Positions 48,801 to 63,800 of a stretch of 64,000 bases of DNA are shown here, piece after piece. This stretch comes from Eledone cirrhosa (Eukaryota): positions 186,001-250,000 of the forward strand of contig CAXHJY010000834.1 in the NCBI GenBank assembly GCA_964016885.1, in the 5' to 3' direction. Numbering within the stretch: the first letter of the stretch is position 1; every line of letters begins with the position of its first letter. A model generated the notes under the pieces. That model was not told the origin of the DNA, searched no databases, and worked only from the letters and a program-made list of their open reading frames with translations. The position numbers and the translations under genes were made by a program.

Positions 48801-51800
48801 AATACAGTTAGTGTGAAAAGACACCAGTACTAGGACCAAATACAGTTAGTGTGAAAAGATACCAGTACTAGGACCAAATACAGTTAGTGTGAAAAGATAC
48901 CAGTACTAGGACCAAATACAGTTAGTGTGAAAAGACACCAGTACTAGGACCAAATACAGTTAGTGTGAAAAGATACCAGTACTAGGACCAAATACAGTTA
49001 GTGTGAAAAGATACCAGTACTAGGCCCAAATACAGTTAGTGTGAAAAGATACCAGTACTAGGACCAAATACAGTTAGTGTGAAAAGACACCAGTACTAGG
49101 ACCAAATACAGTTAGTGTGAAAAGATACCAGTACTAGGACCAAATACAGTTAGTGTGAAAAGACACCAGTACTAGGACCAAATACAGTTAGTGTGAACAG
49201 ACACCAGTACTAGGACCAAATACAGTTAGTGTGAAAAGATACCAGTACTAGGACCAAATACAGTTAGTGTGAAAAGATACCAGTACTAGGACCAAATACA
49301 GTTAGTGTGAAAAGACACCAGTACTAGGACCAAATACAGTTAGTGTGAAAAGATACCAGTAGTAGGACCAAATACAGTTAGTGTGAAAAGACACCAGTAC
49401 TAGGACCAAATACAGTTAGTGTGAACAGACACCAGTACTAGGACCAAATACAGTTAGTGTGAACAGACACCAGTACGAGGACTAAATACAGTTAGTGTGA
49501 AAAGACATCAGTACTAGGACCAAATACAGTTAGTGTGAAAAGATACCAGTACTAGAACCAAATACAGTTAGTGTGAAAAGACACCAGTACTAGAACCAAA
49601 TACAGTTAGTGTGAACAGACATCAGTACTAGGACCAAATACAGTTAGTCAGAAAAGACACCAGTACTAGAACCAAATACAGTTAGTGTGAAAAGACACCA
49701 GTACTAGAACCAAATACAGTTAGTGTGAAAAGACACCAGTACTAGAACCAAATACAGTTAGTGTGAAAAGACACCAGTACTAGAACCAAATACAGTTAGT
49801 GTGAACAGACACCAGTACTAGGACCAAATACAGTTAGTGTGAAAATACACCAGTACTAGGACCAAATACAGTTAGTGTGAACAGACACCAGTACTAGGAC
49901 CAAATACAGTTAGTGTGAAAAGACACCAGTACTAGGACCAAATACAGTTAGTGTGAAAAGACACCAGTACTAGGACCAAATACAGTTAGTGTGAAAAGAT
50001 ACCAGTACTAGGACCAAATACAGTTAGTGTGAAAAGATACCAGTACTAGGACCAAATACAGTTAGTGTGAAAAGATACCAGTACTAGGACCAAATACAGT
50101 TAGTGTGAAAAGACACCAGTACTAGGACCAAATACAGTTAGTCTGAAAAGATACCAGTAATAGGACCAAGTACAGTTAGTGTGAAAAGATACCAGTACTA
50201 GGACCAAATACAGTTAGTGTGAAAAGATACCAGTACAAGGACCAAATACAGTTAGTGTGAACAGACACCAGTACTAGGACCAAATACAGTTAGTGTGAAA
50301 AGATACCAGTACAAGGACCAATATACAGTTAGTGTGAAAAGACACCAGTACTAGGACCAAATACAGTTAGTGTGAACAGACACCAGTACTAGGACCAAAT
50401 ACAGTTAGTGTGAAAAGATACCAGTACTAGGACCAAATACAGTTAGTGTGAAAAGACATCAGTACTAGGACCAAATACTGTTAGTGTGAAAAGATACCAG
50501 TACTAGGACCAAATACAGTTAGTGTAAAAAGACACAAGTACTAGGACCAAATACAGTTAGTGTGAAAAGATACCAGTACTAGGACCAAATACAGTTAGTG
50601 TGAAAAGACATCAGTACTAGGACCAAATACAGTTAGTGTGAAAAGATATCAGTACTAGGACCAAATACAGTTAGTGTGAAAAGACACCAGTACTAGGACC
50701 AAATACTGTTAGTGTGAAAAGATACCAGTACTAGGACCAAATACAGTTAGTGTAAAAAGATACCAGTACTAAGACTAAATACAGTTAGTGTGAAATGATA
50801 CCAGTACTAGGACCAAATATAGTTAGTGTGAACAGACACCAGTACTAGGACCAAATACAGTTAGTGTGAAAAGACACCAGTACTAGGACCAAATACAGTT
50901 AGTGTGAAAAGACATCAGTACTAGGACCAAATACTGTTAGTGTGAAAAGATACCAGTACTAGGACCAAATACAGTTAGTGTGAAAAGATACCAGTACTAG
51001 GACCAAATACAGTTAGTGTGAAAAGATACCAGTACTAGGACCAAATACAGTTAGTGTGAAAAGATACCAGTACTAGGACCAAATACAGTTAGTGTGAAAA
51101 GATACCAGTACTAGGACCAAATACAGTTAGTGTGAAAAGACACCAGTACTAGGACCAAATACAGTTAGTGTGAACAGACACCAGTACTAGGACCAAATAC
51201 AGTTAGTGTGAAAAGACACCAGTACTAGGACCAAATACAGTTAGTGTGAAAAGACACCAGTACTAGGACCAAATACAGTTAGTGTGAAAAGATACCAGTA
51301 CTAGGACCAAATACAGTTAGTGTGAAAAGATACCAGTACTAGGACCAAATACAGTTAGTGTGAAAAGATACCAGTACTAGGACCAAATACAGTTAGTGTG
51401 AAAAGATACCAGTACTAGGACCAAATACAGTTAGTGTGAAAAGACACCAGTACTAGGACCAAATACAGTTAGTGTGAAAAGATACCAGTACTAGGACCAA
51501 ATACAGTTAGTGTGAAAAGATACCAGTACTAGGCCCAAATACAGTTAGTGTGAAAAGATACCAGTACTAGGACCAAATACAGTTAGTGTGAAAAGACACC
51601 AGTACTAGGACCAAATACAGTTAGTGTGAAAAGATACCAGTACAAGGACCAAATACAGTTAGTGTGAAAAGATACCAGTACTAGGACCAAATACAGTTAG
51701 TGTGAAAAGATACCAGTACTAGGACCAAATACAGTTAGTGTGAAAAGATACCAGTACTAGGACCAAATACAGTTAGTGTGAAAAGATACCAGTACTAGGA

Positions 51801-54800
51801 CCAAATACAGTTAGTGTGAAAAGACACCAGTACTAGGACCAAATACAGTTAGTGTGAAAAGATACCAGTACAAGGACCAAATACAGTTAGTGTGAAAAGA
51901 TACCAGTACTAGGACCAAATACAGTTAGTGTGAACAGATACCAGTACTAGGACCAAATACAGTTAGTGTGAAAAGACACCAGTACTAGGACCAAATACAG
52001 TTAGTGTGAACAGACACCAGTACTAGGACCAAATACAGTTAGTGTGAAAAGACACCAGTACTAGGACCAAATACAGTTAGTGTGAAAAGATACCAGTACT
52101 AGGACCAAATACAGTTAGTGTGAAAAGATACCAGTACTAGGACCAAATACAGTTAGTGTGAAAAGACACCAGTACTAGGACCAAATACAGTTAGTGTGAA
52201 AAGATACCAGTACAAGGACCAAATACAGTTAGTGTGAAAAGATACCAGTACTAGGACCAAATACAGTTAGTGTGAACAGATACCAGTACTAGGACCAAAT
52301 ACAGTTAGTGTGAAAAGACACCAGTACTAGGACCAAATACAGTTAGTGTGAACAGACACCAGTACTAGGACCAAATACAGTTAGTGTGAAAAGACACCAG
52401 TACTAGGACCAAATACAGTTAGTGTGAAAAGATACCAGTACTAGGACCAAATACAGTTAGTGTGAAAAGATACCAGTACTAGGACCAAATACAGTTAGTG
52501 TGAAAAGACACCAGTACTAGGACCAAATACAGTTAGTGTGAAAAGATACCAGTACTAGGACCAAATACAGTTAGTGTGCAAAGATACCAGTACTAGGACC
52601 AAATACAGTTAGTGTGAAAAGACACCAGTACTAGGACCAAATACAGTTAGTGTGAAAAGATACCAGTACTAGGACCAAATACAGTTAGTGTGAAAAGATA
52701 CCAGTACTAGGACCAAATACAGTTAGTGTGAAAAGATACCAGTACTAGGACCAAATACAGTTAGTGTGAAAAGATACCAGTACTAGGACCAAATACAGTT
52801 AGTGTTAAAAGATACCAGTACTAGAACCAAATACAGTTAGTGTGAAAAGACACCAGTACTAGGACCAAATACAGTTAGTGTGAAAAGATACCAGTACTAG
52901 GAGCAAATACAGTTAGTGTGAAAAGATACCTGTACTAGGCCCAAATACAGTTAGTGTGAAAAGATACCAGTACTAGGACCAAATACAGTTAGTGTGAAAA
53001 GACACCAGTACTAGGACCAAATACAGTTAGTGTTAAAAGATACCAGTACTAGAACCAAATACAGTTAGTGTGAAAAGACACCAGTACTAGGACCAAATAC
53101 AGTTAGTGTGAAAAGATACCAGTACTAGGACCAAATACAGTTAGTGTGAAAAGATACCAGTACTAGGCCCAAATACAGTTAGTGTTAAAAGATACCAGTA
53201 CTAGAACCAAATACAGTTAGTGTGAAAAGACACCAGTACTAGGACCAAATACAGTTAGTGTGAAAAGATACCAGTACTAGGACCAAATACAGTTATTGTG
53301 AAAAGATACCAGTACTAGGACCAAATACAGTTAGTGTGAAAAGATACCAGTACTAGGACCAAATACAGTTAGTGTGAAAAGATACCAGTACTAGGACCAA
53401 ATACAGTTAGTGTGAAAAGACACCAGTACTAGGACCAAATACAGTTAGTGTTAAAAGATACCAGTACTAGAACCAAATACAGTTAGTGTGAAAAGACATC
53501 AATACTAGGACCAAATACAGTTAGTGTGAAAAGATACCAGTACTAGGACCAAATACAGTTAGTGTGAAAAGACACCAGTACTAGGCCCAAATACAGTTAG
53601 TGTGAAAAGATACCAGTACTAGGACCAAATACAGTTAGTGTGAAAAGACACCAGTACTAGGACCAAATACAGTTAGTGTGAAAAGATACCAGTACTAGGA
53701 CCAAATACAGTTAGTGTGAAAAGATACCAGTACTAGGACCAAATACAGTTAGTGTGAAAAGACACCAGTACTAGGACCAAATACAGTTAGTGTGAAAAGA
53801 CACCAGTACTAGGACCAAATACAGTTAGTGTGAAAAGATACCAGTACTAGGACCAAATACAGTTAGTTTGAAATGATACCAGTACTAGGACCAAATACAG
53901 TTAGTGTGAACAGACACCAGTACTAGGACCAAATACAGTTAGTGTGAAAAGACACCAGTACTAGGACCAAATACAGTTAGTGTGAACAGACACCAGTACT
54001 AGGACCAAATACAGTTAGTGTGAAAAGACACCAGTACTAGGACCAAATACAGTTAGTGTGAAAAGATACCAGTACTAGGACCAAATACAGTTAGTGTGAA
54101 AAGACACCAGTAATAGGACCAAATACAGTTAGTGTGAAAAGATACCAGTACTAGGACCAAATACAGTTAGTGTGAAAAGATACCAGTACTAGGACCAAAT
54201 ACAGTTAGTGTGAAAAGATACCAGTACTAGTACCAAATACAGTTAGTGTGAAAAGATACCAGTACTAGGACCAAATACAGTTAGTGTGAAAAGACACCAG
54301 TACTAGGACCAAATACAGTTAGTGTAAAAAGATACCAGTACGAGGACCAAATACAGTTAGTGTGAAGAGATACCAGTACTAGGACCAAATACAGTTAGTG
54401 TGAAAAGATACCAGTACTAGCACCAAATACAGTTAGTGTGAAAAGATACCAGTACTAGGACCAAATACAGTTAGTGTGAAAAGATACCAGTACTAGGACC
54501 AAATACAGTTAGTGTCAACAGACACCAGTACTAGGTACAAATACAGTTAGTGTGAAAAGACACCAGTACTAGGACCAAATACAGTTAGTGTGAAAAGATA
54601 CCAGTACTAGGACCAAATACAGTTAGTGTGAAAAGACACCAGTACTAGGCCCAAATACAGTTAGTGTGAAAAGATACCAGTAGTAGGACCAAATACAGTT
54701 AGTGTGAAAAGACACCAGTACTAGGACCAAATACAGTTAGTGTGAAAAGATACCAGTACTAGGACCAAATACAGTTAGTGTGAAAAGATACCAGTACTAG

Positions 54801-57800
54801 GACCAAATACAGTTAGTGTGAAAAGATACCAGTACTAGGACCAAATACAGTTAGTGTGAAAAGACACCAGTACTAGGACCAAATACAGTTAGTGTGAAAA
54901 GATACCAGTACTAGGACCAAATACAGTTAGTGTGAAAAGATACCAGTACTAGGACCAAATACAGTTAGTGTGAAAAGACACCAGTACTAGGACCAAATAC
55001 AGTTAGTGTGAAAAGACACCAGTACTAGGACCAAATACAGTTAGTGTGAAAAGATACCAGTACTAGGACCAAATACAGTTAGTTTGAAATGATACCAGTA
55101 CTAGGACCAAATACAGTTAGTGTGAACAGACACCAGTACTAGGACCAAATACAGTTAGTGTGAAAAGACACCAGTACTAGGACCAAATACAGTTAGTGTG
55201 AACAGACACCAGTACTAGGACCAAATACAGTTAGTGTGAAAAGACACCAGTACTAGGACCAAATACAGTTAGTGTGAAAAGATACCAGTACTAGGACCAA
55301 ATACAGTTAGTGTGAAAAGACACCAGTAATAGGACCAAATACAGTTAGTGTGAAAAGATACCAGTACTAGGACCAAATACAGTTAGTGTGAAAAGATACC
55401 AGTACTAGGACCAAATACAGTTAGTGTGAAAAGATACCAGTACTAGTACCAAATACAGTTAGTGTGAAAAGATACCAGTACTAGGACCAAATACAGTTAG
55501 TGTGAAAAGACACCAGTACTAGGACCAAATACAGTTAGTGTAAAAAGATACCAGTACGAGGACCAAATACAGTTAGTGTGAAGAGATACCAGTACTAGGA
55601 CCAAATACAGTTAGTGTGAAAAGATACCAGTACTAGCACCAAATACAGTTAGTGTGAAAAGATACCAGTACTAGGACCAAATACAGTTAGTGTGAAAAGA
55701 TACCAGTACTAGGACCAAATACAGTTAGTGTCAACAGACACCAGTACTAGGTACAAATACAGTTAGTGTGAAAAGACACCAGTACTAGGACCAAATACAG
55801 TTAGTGTGAAAAGATACCAGTACTAGGACCAAATACAGTTAGTGTGAAAAGACACCAGTACTAGGACCAAATACAGTTAGTGTGAAAAGACATCAGTACT
55901 AGGACCAAATACTGTTAGTGTGAAAAGATACCAGTACTAGAACCAAATACAGTTAGTGTGAAAAGACACCAGTACTAGGACCAAATACAGTTAGTGTGAA
56001 AAGATACCAGTACTAGGACCAAATACAGTTAGTGTGAAAAGATACCAGTACTAGAACCAAATACAGTTAGTGTGAAAAGACACCAGTACTAGGACCAAAT
56101 ACAGTTAGTGTGAAAAGATACCAGTACTAGGACCAAATACAGTTAGTGTGAAAAGACACCAGTACTAGGACCAAATACAGTTAGTGTAAAAAGATACCAG
56201 TACTAGGACCAAATACAGTTAGTGTGAAGAGATACCAGTACTAGGACCAAATACAGTTAGTGTGAAAAGATACCAGTACTAGGACCAAATACAGTTAGTG
56301 TGAACAGATACCAGTACTAGGACCAAATACAGTTAGTGTGAAAAGATACCAGTACTAGGACCAAATACAGTTAGTGTGAAAAGATACCAGTACTAGGACC
56401 AAATACAGTTAGTGTGAAAAGATACCAGTACTAGGACCAAGTACAGTTAGTGTGAAAAGATACCAGTACTAGGACCAAATACAGTTAGTGCGAAAAGATA
56501 CCAGTACTAGGACCAAATACAGTTAGTGTAAACAGACACCAGTACTAGGACCAAATACAGTTAGTGTGAAAAGATACCAGTACTAGGACCAAATACAGTT
56601 AGTCTGAAAAGATACCAGTACTAGGACCAAGTACAGTTAGTGTGAAAAGATACCAGTACTAGGACCAAATACAGTTAGTCTGAAAAGATACCAGTACTAG
56701 GACCAAGTACAGTTAGTGTGAAAAGATACCAGTACTAGGACCAAATACAGTTAGTGTGAAAAGATACCAGTACAAGGACCAAATACAGTTAGTGTGAACA
56801 GACACCAGTACTAGGACCAAATACAGTTAGTGTGAAAAGACACAAGTACTAGGACCAAATACTGTTAGTGTGAAAAGATACCAGTACTAGGACCAAATAC
56901 AGTTAGTGTGAAAACATACCAGTACTAGGACCAAAGACAATTAGTGTGAACAGACACCAGTACTAGAACCAAATACAGTTAGTGTGAAAAGATACCAGTA
57001 CTAGGACCAAATACAGTTAGTCTGAAAAGATACCAGTACTAGGACCAAATACAGTTAGTGTGAACAGACACCAGTACTAGGACCAAATACAGTTAGTGTT
57101 AACAGACACTAGTACTAGGACCAAATACAGTTAGTGTGAAAAGACACCAGTACTAGGACCAAATACAGTTAGTGTGAACAGACACCAGTACTACGACCAA
57201 ATACAGTTAGTGTGAACAAACACCAGTACTAGGACCAAATACAGTTAGTGTGAAAAGATACCAGTACTAGGACCAAATACAGTTAGTGTGAAAAGATACC
57301 AGTACTAGGACCAAATACAGTTAGTGTGAACAGACACCAGTACTAGGACCAAATACAGTTAGTGTGAACAAACACCAGTACTAGAACCAAATACAGTTAG
57401 TGTGAAAAGATACCAGTACTAGGACCAAATACAGTTAGTGTGAAAAGATACCAGTACTAGGACCAAATACAGTTAGTGTGAAAAGACACCAGTACTAGGA
57501 CCAAATACAGTTAGTGTGAAAAGATACCAGTACTAGGACCAAATACAGTTAGTCTGAAAAGATACCAGTACTAGGACCAAATACAGTTAGTGTGAAAAGA
57601 CACCAGTACTAGGACCAAATACAGTTAGTGTGAAAAGACACCAGTACTAGGACCAAATACAGTTAGTGTGAAAAGACACCAGTACTAGGACCAAATACAG
57701 TTAGAGTGAAAAGATACCAGTACTAGGACCAAATACAGTTAGTCTGAAAAGATACCAGTACTAGGACCAAATACAGTTAGTGTGAAAAGACACAAGTACT

Positions 57801-60800
57801 AGGACCAAAAACTGTTAGTGTGAAAAGATACCAGTACTAGGACCAAATACAGTTAGTGTGAAAACATACCAGTACTAGGACCAAAGACAATTAGTGTGAA
57901 CAGACACCAGTACTAGAACCAAATACAGTTAGTCTGAAAAGATACCAGTACTAGGGCCAAATACAGTTAGTCTGAAAAGATACCAGTACTAGGACCAAAT
58001 ACAGTTAGTGTGAAAAGACACAAGTACTAGGACCAAATACAGTTAGTGTGAAAAGATACCAGTACTAGGACCAAATACAGTTAGTGTGAAAAGATACCAG
58101 TACTAGGACCAAAGACAATTATTGTGAACAGATACCAGTACTAGGAACAAATACAGTTAGTGTGAAAAGACACCAGTACAAGGACCAAATACAGTTAGTG
58201 TGAAAAGATACCAGTACTAGGACCAAATACAGTTAGTATGAACAGACACCAGTACTAGGACCAAATACAGTTAGTGTGAAAAGATACCAGTACTAGGACC
58301 AAATACAGTTAGTGTGAACAGACACCAGTACTAGGAACAAATACAGTTAGTGTGAAAAGACACCAGTACAAGGACCAAATACAGTTAGTGTGAAAAGATA
58401 CCAGTACTAGGACCAAATACAGTTAGTATGAACAGACACCAGTACTAGGACCAAATACAGTTAGTGTGAAAAGATACCAGTACTAGGACCAAATACAGTT
58501 AGTGTGAACAGACACCAGTACTAGGAACAAATACAGTTAGTGTGAAAAGATACCAGTACTAGAACCAAATACAGTTAGTGTGAAAAGATACCAGTACGAG
58601 GACCAAAGACAATTAGTGTGAACAGACACCAGTACTAGGAACAAATACAGTTAGTGTGAAAAGACACCAGTACTAGGAACAAATACAGTTAGTGTGAAAA
58701 GACACCAGTACTAGGACCAAATACAGTTAGTGTGAAAAGATACCAGTACGAGGACCAAAGACAATTAGTGTGAACAGACACCAGTACTAGGAACAAATAC
58801 AGTTAGTGTGAAAAGACACCAGTACTAGGACCAAATACAGTTAGTGTGAAAAGATACCAGTACTAGGACCAAATACAGTTAGTGTGAAAAGATACCAGTA
58901 CTAGAACCAAATACAGTTAGTGTGAAAAGACACCAGTACTAGGACCAAATACAGTTAGTGTGAAAAGACACCAGTACTAGGACCAAATACAGTTAGTGTG
59001 AAAAGATACCAGTACTAGAACCAAATACAGTTAGTGTGAAAAGACACCAGTACTAGGACCAAATACAGTTAGTGTGAAAAGATACCAGTACTAGGACCAA
59101 ATACAGTTAGTGTGAAAAGATACCAGTACTAGGACCAAATACAGTTAGTGTGAAAAGATACCAGTACTAGGACCAAATACAGTTAGTGTGAACAGATACC
59201 AGTAGTAGGACCAAAGACAATTAGTGTGAACAGATACCAGTAGTAGGACCAAATACAGTTAGTGTGAAAAGATACCAGTACAAGGACCAAATACAGTTAG
59301 TGTGAAAAGACATCAGTACTAGGACCAAATACAGTTAGTGTGAAAAGATACCAGTACTAGGACCAAATACAGTTAGTGTGAACAGATACCAGTAGTAGGA
59401 CCAAATACAGCTAGTGTGAAAAGATACCAGTACTAGGACCAAATACAATTAGTGTGAAAAGACATCAGTACTAGGACCAAATACAGTTAGTGTGAAAAGA
59501 CACCAGTACTAGGACCAAATACAGTTAGTGTGAACAGATACCAGTACTAGGACCAAATACAGTTAGTGTGAAATGATACCAGTACTAGGACCAAATACAG
59601 TTAGTGTGAAAAGACACCAGTACTAGGACCAAATACAGTTAGTGTGAAAAGACATCAGTACTAGGACCAAATACTGTTAGTGTGAAAAGATACCAGTACT
59701 GGGACCAAATACAGTTAGTGTAAAAAAACACAAGTACTAGGACCAAATACAGTTAGTGTGAAAAGATACCAGTACTAGGACCAAATACTGTTAGTGTGAA
59801 AAGATACCAGTACTAGGACCAAATACAGTTAGTGTAAAAAGATACCAGTACTAAGACTAAATACAGTTAGTGTGAAATGATACCAGTACTAGGACCAAAT
59901 ACAGTTAGTGTGAAAAGATACCAGTACTAGAACCAAATACAGTTAGTGTGAAAAGATACCAGTACTAGGACCAAGTACAGTTAGTGTGAAAAGATACCAG
60001 TACTAGGACCAAATACAGTTAGTGCGAAAAGATACCAGTACTAGGACCAAATACAGTTAGTGTAAAAAAACACAAGTACTAGGACCAAATACAGTTAGTG
60101 TGAAAAGATACCAGTACAAGGACCAAATACAGTTAGTGTGAAAAGACATCAGTACTAGGACCAAATACAGTTAGTGTGAAAAGATACCAGTACTAGGACC
60201 AAATACAGTTAGTGTGAACAGATACCAGTAGTAGGACCAAATACAGTTAGTGTGAAAAGACATCAGTACTAGGACCAAATACTGTTAGTGTGAAAAGATA
60301 CCAGTACTAGGACCAAATACAGTTAGTGTGAAAAGACACCAGTACTAGGACCAAATACTGTTAGTGTGAAAAGATACCAGTACTAGGACCAAATACAGTT
60401 AGTGTAAAAAGATACCAGTACTAAGACTAAATACAGTTAGTGTGAAATGATACCAGTACTAGGACCAAATACAGTTAGTGTGAACAGACACCAGTACTAG
60501 GACCAAATACAGTTAGTGTGAAAAGACACCAGTACTAGGACCAAATACAGTTAGTGTGAAAAGACATCAGTACTAGGACCAAATACTGTTAGTGTGAAAA
60601 GATACCAGTACTAGAACCAAATACAGTTAGTGCGAAAAGACACAAGTACTAGGACCAAATACAGTTAGTGTGAAAAGATACCAGTACTAGGACCAAATAC
60701 AGTTAGTGTGAAAAGATACCAGTACTAGAACCAAATACAGTTAGTGTGAAAAGACACAAGTACTAGGACCAAATACAGTTAGTGTGAAAAGATACCAGTA

Positions 60801-63800
60801 CTAGGACCAAATACAGTTAGTGTGAAAAGACACCAGTACTAGGACCAAATACAGTTAGTGTAAAAAGATACCAGTACTAGGACCAAATACAGTTAGTGTG
60901 AAGAGATACCAGTACTAGGACCAAATACAGTTAGTGTGAAAAGATACCAGTACTAGGACCAAATACAGTTAGTGTGAACAGATACCAGTACTAGGACCAA
61001 ATACAGTTAGTGTGAAAAGATACCAGTACTAGGACCAAATACAGTTAGTGTGAAAAGATACCAGTACTAGAACCAAATACAGTTAGTGTGAAAAGATACC
61101 AGTACTAGGACCAAGTACAGTTAGTGTGAAAAGATACCAGTACTAGGACCAAATACAGTTAGTGCGAAAAGATACCAGTACTAGGACCAAATACAGTTAG
61201 TGTAAACAGACACCAGTACTAGGACCAAATACAGTTAGTGTGAAAAGATACCAGTACTAGGACCAAATACAGTTAGTCTGAAAAGATACCAGTACTAGGA
61301 CCAAGTACAGTTAGTGTGAAAAGATACCAGTACTAGGACCAAATACAGTTAGTGTGAAAAGATACCAGTACAAGGACCAAATACAGTTACTGTGAACAGA
61401 CACCAGTACTAGGACCAAATACAGTTAGTGTGAAAAGACACCAGTACTAGGACCAAATACAGTTAGTGTGAAAAGACATCAGTACTAGGACCAAATACTG
61501 TTAGTGTGAAAAGATACTAGTACTAGAACCAAATACAGTTAGTGTGAAAAGACACAAGTACTAGGACCAAATACAGTTAGTGTGAAAAGATACCAGTACT
61601 AGGACCAAATACAGTTAGTGTGAAAAGATACCAGTACTAGAACCAAATACAGTTAGTGTGAAAAGACACCAGTACTAGGACCAAATACAGTTAGTGTGAA
61701 AAGATACCAGTACTAGGACCAAATACAGTTAGTGTGAAAAGACACCAGTACTAGGACCAAATACAGTTTGTGTAAAAAGATACCAGTACTAGGACCAAAT
61801 ACAGTTAGTGTAAAAAGATACCAGTACTAAGACTAAATACAGTCAGTGTGAAATGATACCAGTACTAGGACCAAATACAGTTAGTGTGAACAGACACCAG
61901 TACTAGGACCAAATACAGTTAGTGTGAAAAGACACCAGTACTAGGACCAAATACAGTTAGTGTGAAAAGACATCAGTACTAGGACCAAATACTGTTAGTG
62001 TGAAAAGATACCAGTACTAGAACCAAATACAGTTAGTGTGAAAAGATACCAGTACTAGGACCAAATACAGTTAGTGTGAAAAGATACCAGTACTAGAACC
62101 AAATACAGTTAGTGTGAAAAGATACCAGTACTAGGACCAAGTACAGTTAGTGTGAAAAGATACCAGTACTAGGACCAAATACAGTTAGTGCGAAAAGATA
62201 CCAGTACTAGGACCAAATACAGTTAGTGTGAAAAGATACCAGTACTAGGACCAAATACAGTTAGTCTTAAAAGATACCAGTACTAGGACCAAGTACAGTT
62301 AGTGTGAAAAGATACCAGTACTAGGACCAAATACAGTTAGTGTGAAAAGATACCAGTACAAGGACCAAATACAGTTACTGTGAACAGACACCAGTACTAG
62401 GACCAAATACAGTTAGTGTGAAAAGACACCAGTACTAGGACCAAATACAGTTAGTGTGAAAAGATACCAGTACTAGGACCAAATACAGTTAGTGTGAAAA
62501 GACATCAGTACTAGGACCAAATACTGTTAGTGTGAAAAGATACCAGTACTAGGACCAAATACAGTTAGTGTGAAAAGACACCAGTACTAGGACCAAATAC
62601 TGTTAGTGTGAAAAGATACCAGTACTAGGACCAAATACAGTTAGTGTAAAAAGATACCAGTACTAAGACTAAATACAGTTAGTGTGAAATGATACCAGTA
62701 CTAGGACCAAATACAGTTAGTGTGAACAGACACCAGTACTAGGACCAAATACAGTTAGTGTGAAAAGACACCAGTACTAGGACCAAATACAGTTAGTGTG
62801 AAAAGACATCAGTACTAGGACCAAATACTGTTAGTGTGAAAAGATACCAGTACTAGAACCAAATACAGTTAGTGTGAAAAGACACAAGTACTAGGACCAA
62901 ATACAGTTAGTGTAAAAAGATACCAGTACTAAGACTAAATACAGTTAGTGTGAAATGATACCAGTACTAGGACCAAATACAGTTAGTGTGAACAGACACC
63001 AGTACTAGGACCAAATACAGTTAGTGTGAAAAGACACCAGTACTAGGACCAAATACAGTTAGTGTGAAAAGACATCAGTACTAGGACCAAATACTGTTAG
63101 TGTGAAAAGATACCAGTACTAGAACCAAATACAGTTAGTGTGAAAAGACACAAGTACTAGGACCAAATACAGTTAGTGTGAAAAGATACCAGTACTAGGA
63201 CCAAATACAGTTAGTGTGAAAAGATACCAGTACTAGAACCAAATACAGTTAGTGTGAAAAGACACAAGTACTAGGACCAAATACAGTTAGTGTGAAAAGA
63301 TACCAGTACTAGGACCAAATACAGTTAGTGTGAAAAGACACCAGTACTAGGACCAAATACAGTTAGTGTAAAAAGATACCAGTACTAGGACCAAATACAG
63401 TTAGTGTGAAGAGATACCAGTACTAGGACCAAATACAGTAAGTGTGAAAAGATACCTGTACTAGGACCAAATACAGTTAGTGTGAACAGATACCAGTACT
63501 AGGACCAAATACAGTTAGTGTGAAAAGATACCAGTACTAGGACCAAATACAGTTAGTGTGAAAAGATACCAGTACTAGAACCAAATACAGTTAGTGTGAA
63601 AAGATACCAGTACTAGGACCAAGTACAGTTAGTGTGAAAAGATACCAGTACTAGGACCAAATACAGTTAGTGCGAAAAGATACCAGTACTAGGACCAAAT
63701 ACAGTTAGTGTATACAGACACCAGTACTAGGACCAAATACAGTTAGTGTGAAAAGATACCAGTACTAGGACCAAATACAGTTAGTCTGAAAAGATACCAG